Part shown: positions 36,361-59,269 of the stretch, piece by piece | Layout: each line of letters starts with the position of its first letter | Numbering within the stretch: the first letter of the stretch is position 1 | Source of the DNA: the human T2T-CHM13v2.0 reference genome, Homo sapiens | DNA length: 64,000 nucleotides | Strand: one strand, 5' to 3' | Assembly (NCBI RefSeq): GCF_009914755.1 | Contig: NC_060929.1 | The notes under the pieces: generated by a model | What the model saw: only the letters and a program-made list of their open reading frames with translations | Told to the model about the DNA's origin: nothing | The model's database searches: none | Translations under genes and position numbers: made by a program

Positions 36361-36888
36361 CGTTGTACCCAAGCGAGTTAGAGAAAACGACACACTTTGA
36401 GACGAATTAAGAGTCCTTTATTAGCCAGCGACCGAGAGATAGCTAACGCTCACAATTCTCTCTGCCCCGAAGAAGGGGCTAGATTTTCTTTTATACTTTG
36501 GTTTAGAAAGGGGAGGGGGGTCTAGTTAAAACAATTTTACAGAAATAAAGTAGGCAAAAAGTTAAAAGGATAAATGGTTACAGGAAAGTAAACAGTTCCA
36601 GGTGCAGGGGCTTTAAGACTATTACAAGATGATAGACTCAGGGCTTTGGGTGTTATCAATCAGACGAATTCCTGGGAATTGCGGATATAGCTTGCCACAG
36701 TATCTTATCAGTTAATTGCATTCTTGGATGTGCTGGGAGTCAGCTTGCATAAGTTAAGTCCTTGAGGAAGGGGCTGCCAGTGAAAGAGTCAAGATGGAGT
36801 CTGTCTGGCTCTCTTAGCTAAGGGAGAGTCAATTCAGGTGGAAACAAGCCTAAAAACAGGGTTAGTAAAAACAAGGTTGGGCATTACA
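36361..36888 (-). mobile_element. ERV1 solo LTR, LTR6 family (LTR6B-like; HERV-S71/HERV-T)
   Basis: Minus strand starts TGTAATGCCCAACCTTGTTTTTACTAACCC; TATAAAA and AATAAA present; 4-bp TSD ATAG at 36357-36360 and 36889-36892. Confidence 0.82.
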
Positions 36889-36941
36889 ATAGTTTTATGC
36901 TGTCTTTTTAAACTTGAAAAGTGTACAGAAAAATTTTTTCA

Positions 36942-37045
36942 CATCAGATGGGTAATGTGCCAACGTCGTAACAAGGTTTGCGGGAGGCACATCTCACACA
37001 TGCACATGAAAACCCAATCATCAGGCTTATAAACTACAAAAGAAT
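36942..37045 (-). pseudogene. U13 (SNORD13) snoRNA retrocopy
   Basis: Minus strand ATTCTTTTGTAGTTTATAAGCCTGATGATTGGG...AACCTTGTTACGACGTTGGCACATTACCCATCTGA plus short A tail; box C TGATGA and box D CTGA. Confidence 0.88.
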
Positions 37046-37067
37046 CTGAAACTTCTTAGGCTTAATA

Positions 37068-37137
37068 TTAGGTTGGTGCAAAAGTAATTTCTGCCATTAC
37101 TTTTAATGGTGAAAACCACAATTTTACACCAACGTAA
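37068..37137. mobile_element. MADE1 (Hsmar1-derived MITE)
   Basis: TTAGGTTGGTGCAAAAGTAATT...ACACCAACGTAA, flanked by TA on both sides. Confidence 0.88.
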
Positions 37138-37209
37138 TATATTTACTTATTTTATTTTAATGAATATACTAAACCAAGAGAGTTTAAAATGAAATAAGTA
37201 CTGCTCTGT

Positions 37210-37596
<387 letters not shown>

Positions 37597-38319
37597 TCAA
37601 ATAGCCATGGGCTGGTCAATGATTTTGAGTTACTCTTTGAGAGGGAAGCTTGGCTTCAGAGAAGGAAAGGCCAGTGCAAGACATGTGAGCAGCAGTTAGG
37701 TGCATCCTATTCCTAGACACATACATAGGATAAGGAAGTCAGGTATTGGGACTGTAGCTTTGGAATGGACTATACTTGCTTCAGAATATTATCAGGGGGA
37801 GTTTGAGAAGCAAGGGCTTTCCTTCGTTGATTCTCCTTTCACCAGTCTTCCTGGAAAGAATATTCTGCAGTTACAAAATAGGTTCCTTGGCTGCAAGTCT
37901 GATACTTGTGCTAAAACCAAATAGATGAAAAAGTATCAACATGAATTTTAAAAAATATATTGTGTGAGCTTGTATAGCTAAGAATTCCCAGCCCCCTACA
38001 TAGGATCTGAAGAAAGATCTAGTACTAATTGTATTAAATAATGGTTTAGGCAAATGTGTATCTGTCTCCTTAAGAGAGGAAGGCAGTCCCTACTGTAAAG
38101 TAAAAATGAAATGGATATACTTCCTGAGAGGGCTGGAATTTTCTGATAATTGTCCCCTCTGATTTTTCACAGGATTTACGGAATGGCCATCTTCCATAAT
38201 TAACAAATAAATAAATGAAATTTAATGTCAGGGTCAAATGAAACTGGAAACAAAGCTTATCTGGTGATATATCAAATTATGAGAGTCATTATTTGGATGT
38301 AAGGATATATGACAGATAG

Positions 38320-39123
38320 ACTCTTAGGAGAAATGCTATGACCTCCTGCTTCTTGGTATTCCTTGTGTGATTTCCTCCTCTTGAGTGTGAAGGCATGTAT
38401 GTCATTGAGTTATATAAGATAGTGCCCATCTTGCTAGTGTCTCTCTCTCTCTTGTGGCTCTGAAAAATCAAGCTGCCTGCCATGTTTGAGCTTTGATATG
38501 GAAAGACCCACATGTTAAGGAACTGAGGGCAGACTCTGCCAACAGCTAGCTTTGAAACTGAATCTCCCGGCCAGGCACAGTGGCTCATGCCTTTAATCCC
38601 AGCACTTTGGGAGGCCAAGGTGGGTGGATCACAAGGTCAGGAGTTCAAGACCAGCCTGGCCAAGATGGTGAAACCCCATCTCTACTAAAAATACAAAAAT
38701 TAGCTGGGTGTGGTGGCAGGCACCTGTAATCCCAGCTACCCAGGAGGCTGAGGGAGAGAATTTCTTGAACCCAGGAGGCAGAGGTTGCAGTGAGCTGAGA
38801 TCACGCCACTGCACTCCAGCCTGGGTGGCAGAGCGAGACTCCATCTCAAAAAAAAAAAAAAAAGAGAGAAAGAAACCAAATCTCTCAGTCCTACAACCTC
38901 AAGGAACTGAATTTTGCCAACAAAAGCAGATCCTTCCCCAGTCAAGCCTCAGATGAGACAGCATCCTCAGCTAACAACTTGTTTGCAGCCTCATGAGAAC
39001 TGAAGCAGAGAACCCAGCTAAACTGTGCCTAGACTCCTGACCACAGAAACTGAGATAATAAATGTGTGTTGTTTTAAGCTGCCAAGTATGTGATAATTTG
39101 TTATGTAGTGGAGAACTAATACA
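38320..39123 (+). mobile_element. MLT1D/E-like LTR interrupted by Alu (38569-38862)
   Basis: AAGGAACTGAATTTTGCCAAC, GATAATAAATGTGTGTTGTTTTAAGC, end AACTAATACA. Confidence 0.7.
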
Positions 39124-39569
39124 ACAGGGAAAAGTTAAAAGCTATTCACATAAATATTTATAATGGATACTATTTCTACACATTTAAATCAAGCTTCTCT
39201 TACGTTCATAAGAAGATACGAATCTGGAGAAGGAAATTATATCAAGCAGAACGCTGCTCTGGTGTTGTGAAGACGGGATCCCACCATTCTAATGTATTCA
39301 ATTTATTTATTCAATAAGTTTTGAGCATCAACTATGTTCCAGGCACTGAGATATTAATCTAAGGAAGACACACGTGTTGTCCTCATTGAGGAGCTCAAAA
39401 GTCTAATACATAAACCAACAATCATACAAAAATCATAGCCATGTTACAGTGCTATGAGGAAGATGTTAAGAGAATATTCTGGAAGTACTCATACATAAAT
39501 ACTTCAGAAACTGGGCATTATAAGAAGTCAGTTGCCTCTCTCTACTTTCAGTTCTACATTTTTATACCT

Positions 39570-40038
39570 TGTAGTGGATTTAAAATGGCCACAAATTCTT
39601 CAATACTCTTCTATGGAGAGATTTGAGGGCTATTTCCCTTCATCTTGAATTTAGGCAGGCTTGTTCAGGGTCTGGCTTTTAAGAGGAGCTTTCACCTTGG
39701 TCTGTGGAAGTCCTGAGTCACTGTGTACAAAGTCCATCTACCTTATTACACCATCTGGAGAGAGCTGAGACTACAGGGAGAGGGGGAGTGGCCCGGCTGA
39801 TCCCAGTCTTCCTAGTGACCCTGCCCAGGAACTTGGCATGTGAGTAAAGCCATCTTGGAACCTCCATACCAGACCAGCCACGAGATGAATAATACTAACT
39901 GATCCCAGTCAATGCCACATAGAGCAGAAGAACTGCCTAACTGAATTCTTTCCAAACTGCTGACTCAAAAATTTGTATGGTATAATAAAATGTTTGTTTT
40001 AAGTCACTGTTTTGTTAGGAGTAATAAGCAACCAGAAT
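39570..40038 (+). mobile_element. MLT1G/H-like LTR
   Basis: TGTAGTGGATTTAAAATGGCCACAAATTCTT start; AATAAA near end. Confidence 0.65.
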
Positions 40039-40478
40039 AAAATTCTAATCTTTATCATGTACCGTGCTGAAAATCTGACCATCTCACTCTCCTTAAAACT
40101 CCGTCAATCCCTTCCCATTACCCAAATCCCTCTTGTATGTCATAGAAGTCCCTCATTACGTGACCTCTACCTACTTCTCTGGTCTTGTCTCCTAACATGG
40201 CCTCCAACTCCAGGCTCTCATATTACCTATTTGCTAATGGTTCCTGGGCCAGCATCCAACATACTGTTCCCTCCTTCCATGCCAAGAAGAGACAGCTTAT
40301 TCTGTTTCCTTGGCCGGTCATTGCCTTCTTCATTTGCTTTGCCTAACTTGCTCACCGTGTAAAAATATTCATCTAAGTAGTTACTTCCTCTCAGAAGTCT
40401 GCTCTAGGCCATGAGAAACTCACAGCCAAAAATGCAAATGATTCCAGATGATCATTCACTGTAGGAAAGGAATTGATG

Positions 40479-41845
<1,367 letters not shown>

Positions 41846-43569
41846 TTCACTCTAGTTGTGTCCTTTGTGGTTCTTGGATGTCATCACCCCCACATTAGGC
41901 ACCTGCAGGTATGTCCTTGTCCCCACCTGAGCTCTGGATGTACATTCCATGCTACTTTCCACTTTTGTGTCTCATGGTCATGACTGTAAGTCCCCTTGGA
42001 CCCTTTGTCAGCTAAATTATGTGTCTTTCTTGGGGGCCCGTTAGCTTTTCTGTGCCACTCTCGGGGCTGCAAAAGATTCAGAGGGACTGCCTCAGACTTT
42101 CCCTACCTAGGGCACTATATGTGGTCATCTTTACCTTAATTCTGTGACAACATTGTGGTCTAGGAAACATCTGCTAGGCTGCTGCCTCCCAGGATTCCAG
42201 ATGTTAATAGATTCCCAACATTGTCATGAGCCTCCACCATGTCTCCCCAACTTGGAGCTAACCCCAAGTAAGGGGCATGGTGGAGGACCTTTTCTTAGAT
42301 CTTTATTACCTGAAGTTATTTTGCTTAACACTCATTTCTCTACTTTTGTGCTCCCCAACTTGGAAAGTCTTTATCTAGCCTAGGGGTGGGGGTGGGGTAG
42401 GGGGGTTGATATTAGTGGGAGGGGCAATTAAGATGGGTCAGCAAGTATCTCCCCAAATCTTTCTGTCTTACTACTAAGGCTTTTGAATTTGAGAGTCCAA
42501 GAGTTTGGCACCTTCATTCTCTGCTAGTCAGTGGGTTTTTGTTGTTTGTCTTTCTAATGCAATCAGGGAGAGTTGTTAAGTGAAGAGTGTAGAGAGAAAA
42601 AAATTCTGGAACAAATACCTTACTTAAATATCTTGATATGCTGAAATAAAGTTTTTGTCTCTTCCAAATATATGCATCCTCTTCTCACATCTGCCAAGAC
42701 AGTCATAGGTAAGAAACCTCAAATTAGAATAAAGAGTATCCGCTTCCTTAATCTGATTTCTGTGTGCAGATAATGAGAAGAGGCGAAGGATCAACCAGAT
42801 TCTGAAAACTTGCTTTCAGGTACCAGGGGCCAGAGCATAAAACTAGATATTTTCCCAGGATTGATTGATTTAGGTACTGACCCTCAGGGGTCACATAGAA
42901 AATTTCCCAGTGACATTAAAGGAAGCCCATACTCTATTGTGTAAGAAAAGAGAAAAACTAAACAAGCTGCCAGGTGTTGAACTTCTCCTTGTGTCCAGTT
43001 CTCGTTCTGCCTTGTGGAGCTGTAGGAGAGGGTCACCAATGCCCAGACATGCCATTACACCTTCCCTTCTTTTGCCCACCTTCTTACCTCTTAACATCAT
43101 TCTCATGAATTTTTTTTCATATACTTGCTACCTTTTTCTAACTTTATAAAGACAGAAAAATAAATGAAGAATGAATCATCTGTCTTGTGTGTTAGATGTC
43201 ATGGCAGGAGGTAGAAAGGAAACTGAATATGTCTTTAAACCCCTGGAGCATCTAGCTACAGATGGACTAAATGGTCCAACCCAAATGCAGAAAATCAGTG
43301 TAAACCACTTAGACTGTGATTCTGATTTCAATAAAAAGTGAATTTTTTTTCCAAGTAGGAATATGTTAAGCTGTTTTCTCTAATCAGAGACAAATTTTCA
43401 ATGCCTGGATAACAAGTATTATCCTAAGTGCTACCCCTTTTTGTGTGCCAGCTATGTGACAGAAACTCACTATACCAGACACTTTATATCCCAATTAATC
43501 TTTGCAACAAACAGGGCAGGAAATAGCAGTTGTTCACTGTAGTCACACTCTTATGACCTAGAAGTGTTA

Positions 43570-44408
43570 ATTTATATATATGTAAATTGTACATCTTCCT
43601 TATATATTATAATTATATAATTAAATTATACAATTATTATATATTATATTATATATTATATATATTATATGATATATGATATATGATATATATTATATTA
43701 TATATTATTTATATATTTAATATATATCATATATAATATATATTATATATTATACAATATATACATTATATATTATATATTATACAATATATGCATTATA
43801 TATTATATATTATATACTATATATTATATATCATATATACTATATATAATATATAATATATGATATACTATATAATATATAATATATGATATAATATACT
43901 ATGATATATAATATATGATATATGATATATCAAATATATAATATACGATATATAATATATAATATATGATATCATATATTATATATTATATATATTATAT
44001 ATTATATATTATATTTTATATATGATATATGATATATCATATATCATATATAATATATATATCATATATCATATATAATATATATATTTTATATATTATA
44101 TATGATATAATATATATAATATATGATACATGATATATAATATTATATATTATATAATATATTACATATAATATATAATATAATATATATAATATATACT
44201 ATATAATATAATATAGGATATATAATATATATAATAATTATATTATATAGTATATATTATATATATTATAATATATACTATATAATATAATTATATAATT
44301 ATATAATTAAATTATATAATTAAATTATGATTTATATAATTATATATTCCTTATATATTATAAATGTATATATTATATATTTATTGTATATAAATATTAT
44401 ATATATAA
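43570..44408. repeat. ~840 bp AT-rich low-complexity/minisatellite block at the tail of an AluJ (44410-44678, minus)
   Basis: Almost entirely A/T with units TATAT/TATAA/TATGA. Confidence 0.95.
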
Positions 44409-46199
44409 AGAAACACAGTCTCTCTGTCATGCAGTGGCTCTATCATAGCTCACTGCAGCCTCAAACTCTTAAGCTCAAGTGATCCTCCGGCCTCAGCCTC
44501 CTAAGTAGCTGGGACTACAGGTGTGTGCCATTACGCCCAGCTAATTAAAAAAAATTTTTGTAGAGATGAGGTCTCCCTATGTTGCCCAAGCTGGTGTCAA
44601 ACTCCTGGCCTCAAGCAATCCTCTTGCCTTGGCCTCCTAAATTGCTGGAACTACAAGCATGAGCCACTACACACAGCTATTTTGGTGTATTTCTAATATC
44701 TTTTAGATGCATATAATTTTTTATTTGTTTTGTCAATTACCACCATGGCCTAAACAATTTCCTATGTTGTTAAAAGCTTATTTTACTGACTACACTCATG
44801 ACGTTTTTAATAGTGCATTGAAATTTTCCAATAAATTTCACAGATATATTGGGAGTAGACATAGCAGAGGGTATGGTAGCCTCAGATTAGCCTGGGTGTA
44901 ATCTTGGAAGGAGGCAACTGCCTTGCTGCTCCCTCTACTTTTGCCTCTCCTGTAGCCAAGCCTCAGGAGAGGCTTTTCTGCATGGTTTCCAGGGTTTGGT
45001 TTGTGAGGGAAGAAGATGAGGGTAAAGTCAACTCAAACTTCATCATAGCATTGTGCCCACTTTGCCCTGTCACTGCCATTCTCCAGCAGAAACACTTTGG
45101 ACACCAACACATGCTCCCTCTTGGAGAAACTTTCTAGTTTGGGTAAAAAGACCAAAAAGTGGGAAAAAATTAATTAGAAATATGGAGATCATGGGTGGAA
45201 GGAGCTACCATGGCATGACCCTGAAAGCCCTCAGCATATTCTGGCATGGATCTCTGAGGAAATACAAGATGACCTCTGTGTGAGGTGTTTTTCATGTTGG
45301 TTGGAATTTTCACTGGTAAGAACACAAGTACCTTTAAGCTTTGGCCAGAAGGTTTCAGATCTTGAATAAACCCAAACTCATTTGTGCTTTTTCTAAGTAG
45401 AATAGTCAGGTTGAACCTGTGGATCAACAGTTGACATTATGCCAACCAAAATATTTCTCTTTTTGGAAGCAACTAATGAGTTTCAATAATTCTTCTTGAG
45501 TCTTTCTCACATAAGGAAACAGGGCACATCATTAAAACTGCCCTGGAGGAAATTATATGATAATCTTTGTAAAACTAACATTCCAGAAGGAAGGGGACTT
45601 TACCAATGCAGGGGATTATTAATAGCTATTTTGTGCCTTCAGATGGCATGATGCTTTATGTGTTAGTGAATTTCACAGGATCACATATGTGCAAGGGGGC
45701 CAGGCTCGGATCAAGGGGGTATGTGGCTGCTGGCTCTGATTTTTGTTCTGCTGGGCCTTGGTGGAAGCAACCAGTTAGGCAAATAGAGCCAGGCACACTA
45801 TCCTTAATGTATTAGACAATTGGTAATTCTTTGTTGTTTATGATGATAGGTTTGATAGGAATCTCTGGACATGGAGATAGAAAACCAGGTGGCTCTACCA
45901 TTTATTAGTTCTATAACTATAGACAGATTACTTGTCTCACCTGAACCTCCATTTCCTTATCTGTAAAATGGAAATACAATCTCTTTCAATAAGTTGTTAT
46001 GAAATCTAAATAAGATAATATATGTAAAAGTGCTAGACATGGAAAAATATTTTATAATTTTTAAGGTATATTATTATTGTTGTTATGATTATCATTACTA
46101 GTAAGTTTAATCATGGAAGACTTATGGACTGACTAGTAAACTAGGATAACTTAGTGGGGATCTGTGGTTTGGAGTCTCAAAATAATAATGAAAGCCTAA

Positions 46200-49850
<3,651 letters not shown>

Positions 49851-50168
49851 AGAATTAGAGTTATAATTAAGGCAGGACGTGCCAAGGTGATCACAGCCAA
49901 AGGTCCCACTGTGACCTGGGAATGCGGTTGTTGTTAGCAGCGGCAACAACTGGTACTTCACCCAATCCCTCATTTCCATAGATCAACACAATCTCCATCT
50001 ATAGCAAACATTTACTTAGCATCTGTGGAGTGCCATGCTCAACGTCAGGTGCCAGGAACATACACATGATAAGGCACTTTGACATGAGAAAAAGCAGTAG
50101 AAGGAAGTATATAATAATAACAGATTGGTGCTTCAGAAAGTACATGAAATTGAATTCTGAAGAGGAGG

Positions 50169-52605
50169 TGATATGGTTTGGCTGTGTCTCCACCCAAACC
50201 TTATCTTGATTTGTAGCTCCCATAATTCCCATGTGCTGTGGGAAGGATCTGGTGGGAGGTAATTGAATCATGGGGGCAGGTCTTTCCCATGCTGTTCTCA
50301 TTATAGTGAATAAGTCTCACACCATCTAATGGTTTTTTTTTTTTTTTTAATTTTTATTTTTTTTATTGATCATTCTTGGGTGTTTCTCGCAGAGGGGGAT
50401 TTGGCAGGGTCATAGGACAATAGTGGAGGGAAGGTTGGCAGATAAACAAGTGAACAAAGGTCTCTGGTTTTCCTAGGCAGAGGACCCTGCGGCCTTCCGC
50501 AGTGTTTGTGTCCCTGGGTACTTGAGATTAGGGAGTGGTGATGACTCTTAACAAGCATGCTGCCTTCAAGCATCTGTTTAACAAAGCACATCTTGCACCG
50601 CCCTTAATCCATTTAACCCTGAGTGGACACAGCACATGTTTCAGAGAGCACAGGGTTGGGGGTAAGGTCACCGATCAACAGGATCCCAAGGCAGAAGAAT
50701 TTATCTTAGTACAGAACAAAATGAAAAGTCTCCCACATCTACTTCTTTCTACACAGACATGGCAACCATCCGATTTCTCAATCTTTTCCCCACCTTTCCC
50801 CCCTTTCTATTCCACAAAACCGCCATTGTCATCCCGGCCCGTTCTCAATGAGCTGTTGGGTACACCTCCCAGACGAGGTGGTGGCTGGGCAGAGGGGCTC
50901 CTCACTTCCTAGTAGGGGTGGCCGGGCAGAGGCGCCCCTCACCTCCCGGACGGGGCGGCTGGCCGGGCGGGGGGCTGACCCCCCCCACCTCCCTCCCGGA
51001 CGGGGCGGCTGGCTGGGCAGAGGCGCTCCTCACTTCCCAGTAGGGGCGGCCGGGCAGAGGCGCCCCTCACCTCCCGGACGGGTCGGCTGGCCAGGCGGGG
51101 GGCTGAGCCCCCCACCTCCCTCCCGGACGGCGTGGCTGGCCCGGCAGAGGGGCTCCTCACTCCCCAGTAGGGGCGGCTGGGCAGAGGCGCCCCTCACCTC
51201 CCGGATGGGGCGGCTGGCCGGGCGGGGGGCTGACCCCCCCACCTCCCTCCCGGACATGGGGCTGACACCCCCACCTCCCTCCTGGACGGGGCGGCTGGCC
51301 GGGTTGGGGGCTGACCCCCCCACCTCCCTCCCGGATGGGGCGGCTGGCCGGGTGGGGGGCTGACTCCCCCACCTCCCTCCTGGACGGGGTGGCTGGCCAG
51401 GCAGAGGGGCTCCTCACTTCCCAGTAGGGGCGGCTGGGCAGAGGCGCCCCTCACCTCCCGGACAGGGCGGCTGGCCGGGTGGGGGGCTGACCCCCCCACC
51501 TCCCTCCCGGACGGGGCGGCTGCCGGGCAGAGGGACTCCTCACTTCTCAGACGGGGCGGCTGCCGGGCGGAGGGGCTCCTCACTTCTCAGATGGGGCGGA
51601 TGCTGGGCGGAGGGTCTCCTCACTTCTCAGACAGGGCGGCTGGGCAGAGACGCTCCTCACCTCCCAGACGGGGTCGCGGCCGGGCAGAGGCGCTCCTCAC
51701 ATCCCAGACGGGGCGGCGGGGCAGAGGCGCTCCCCACATCTCAGACGATGGGCGGCCGGGCAGAGACGCTCCTCACTTCCCAGATGGGATGGCTGCCGGG
51801 AAGAGGCGCTCCTCACTTCCTAGATGGGATGGCGGCCGGTCAGAGACGCTCCTCACTTTCCAGACTGGGCAGCCAGGCAGAGGGGCTCCTCACGTCCCAG
51901 ACGATGGGCGGCGAGGCAGAGACGCTCCTCACTTCCCAGACGGGGTGGTGGCCGGGCAGAGGCTGCAATCTCGGCACTTTGGGAGGCCAAGGCAGGCGGC
52001 TGGGAGATGGAGGTTGTAGCGAGCTGAGATCACGCCACTGCACTCCAGCCTGGGCACCATTGAGCACTGAGTGAACCAGACTCCGTCTGCAATCCCGGCA
52101 CCTCGGGAGGCCAAGGCTGGCGGATCACTCGTGGTTCGGAGCTGGACACCAGCCCGGCCAACACAGCGAAACCCCGTCTCCACCAAAAAAGTACGAAAAC
52201 CAGTCAGGCGTGGTGGCGCGTGCCTGCAATCGCAGGCACTCGGCAGGCTGAGGCAGGAGAATCAGGCAGGGAGGTTGCAGTGAGCCGAGATGGCAGCAGT
52301 ACAGTCCAGCTTCGGCTCGGCATCAGAGGGAGACCGTGGAAAGAGAGGGAGAGGGAGACCGAGAGGGAGAGGGGAGAGGGAGAGGCAGAGGCAGAGGCAG
52401 AGGCAGAGCCATCTAATGGTTTTATAAAGGGGAATTCCCCTACACAAGCTATCTTGCCTGCTGCCATGTAAGATGTGACTTTGCTCCTCCTTTATGTGAG
52501 GCCTCCCCAGGCTTGTGGAACTGTGAGTGAATTAAACCTCTTTCCTTTATAAATTACCCAGTCTCAGGTATGTTTTTATTAGCAGTGTGAGAACAGACTA
52601 ACACA
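50169..52605 (+). mobile_element. THE1B-like solo LTR split by an SVA (50169-50336 and 52409-52605)
   Basis: TGATATGGTTTGGCTGTGTC start, GAACAGACTAACACA end; 5-bp TSD GGAGG/GAAGG. Confidence 0.9.
50337..52408 (-). mobile_element. Near full-length SVA retrotransposon (~2.07 kb): poly(A), SINE-R ~50367-50860, VNTR ~50865-51960, Alu-like ~51960-52335, hexamer head
   Basis: All SVA domains in order; 15-bp TSD CCATCTAATGGTTTT at 50322-50336 and 52409-52423. Confidence 0.97.
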
Positions 52606-53127
52606 GAAGGTGGTGACAATTTGGGATGGAGTAGTCAGGGTAACTTTTATGAAGGAGGGAGTGAATAAGACTTTGAAGGATGGGTGAGACTTGACTAAAT
52701 GAGAAGGGATGGGATTGAAAGCAGAAATGTCAGAAGAGATGATATTGTGGGAGAAGGTCTAGTGCAAAGATAGGTTCAAAACAAGTGAGAGTGAGCACTG
52801 GTGTGTTAGTATGCTTTCAGCTATTTGAAGTAGAAATGGCTTAAACCAATTATTTTTTTCACATAGTCCAGAGGTAAAATGGGCTTCTGAATTGCTTGAT
52901 TCAGCAGTCAAAGTGTGCCATGAAAGAACCAAGTCCTTTTCATGTCTCTGCTCTGCAGTTCACAGAGTCATCGCAGAGTCAGGCAATATGCTCCCTTGTT
53001 CACATCCAACGAGAGAGATTGATTTATCTTTCCCAGAAATCGCAAACTAGCCCCTCTCTGTATGTCATTGGCTCAGGCTGGCTTGGGACCTGCTTATTCC
53101 TAAACCAATCATTGATAAAAGAAATGA

Positions 53128-54695
<1,568 letters not shown>

Positions 54696-55148
54696 CGGTT
54701 ATTTCATATATAAATTATGTGATCACCTTACCACACAGGGCTTTGAGTTCAAGTCAAGGTTCTTTCACTACAAGTGAACACAGGAGAGTGAACCAGTATT
54801 GGTCAATAAAATGTGTGATTCCAATGGGAGATCTCTTCTTTTTTCCTTGTCCAAGGATCTATAAGAGACAGAGAAAAAAGCCATCAGTATCAATCATATT
54901 TCACATTAAGTATCCTGACTGATGTGTTTTAAGGGCATTGCTTTTAATTTATATGGAAACTATTCTTATAAATATAGCTTTTGCTATCCTTTTTGCTTAA
55001 CATTCTTAATAGCATGATTTGATTTATAAAAAAATAAGGCATTGATTGCAACTAATTCATTTTATGTCTTAAGTTCATTGACTTATAGTTTTACAAAAAT
55101 GTGAAACGTGTATTAAGCTAAACTATCATAGTTTTAAAACATTGGTCA

Positions 55149-59269
<4,121 letters not shown>

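Noticed and set aside
45593-45604. NF-kB-like GGGGACTTTACC
   Set aside because: Mismatch in the conserved 3' CC half-site
50865-51960. CRISPR-like repeat array
   Set aside because: SVA VNTR: tandem GC-rich units with no unique spacers, eukaryotic context, no cas genes
50535-52471. Many overlapping repetitive ORFs
   Set aside because: Translations of SVA SINE-R, VNTR and Alu-like domains
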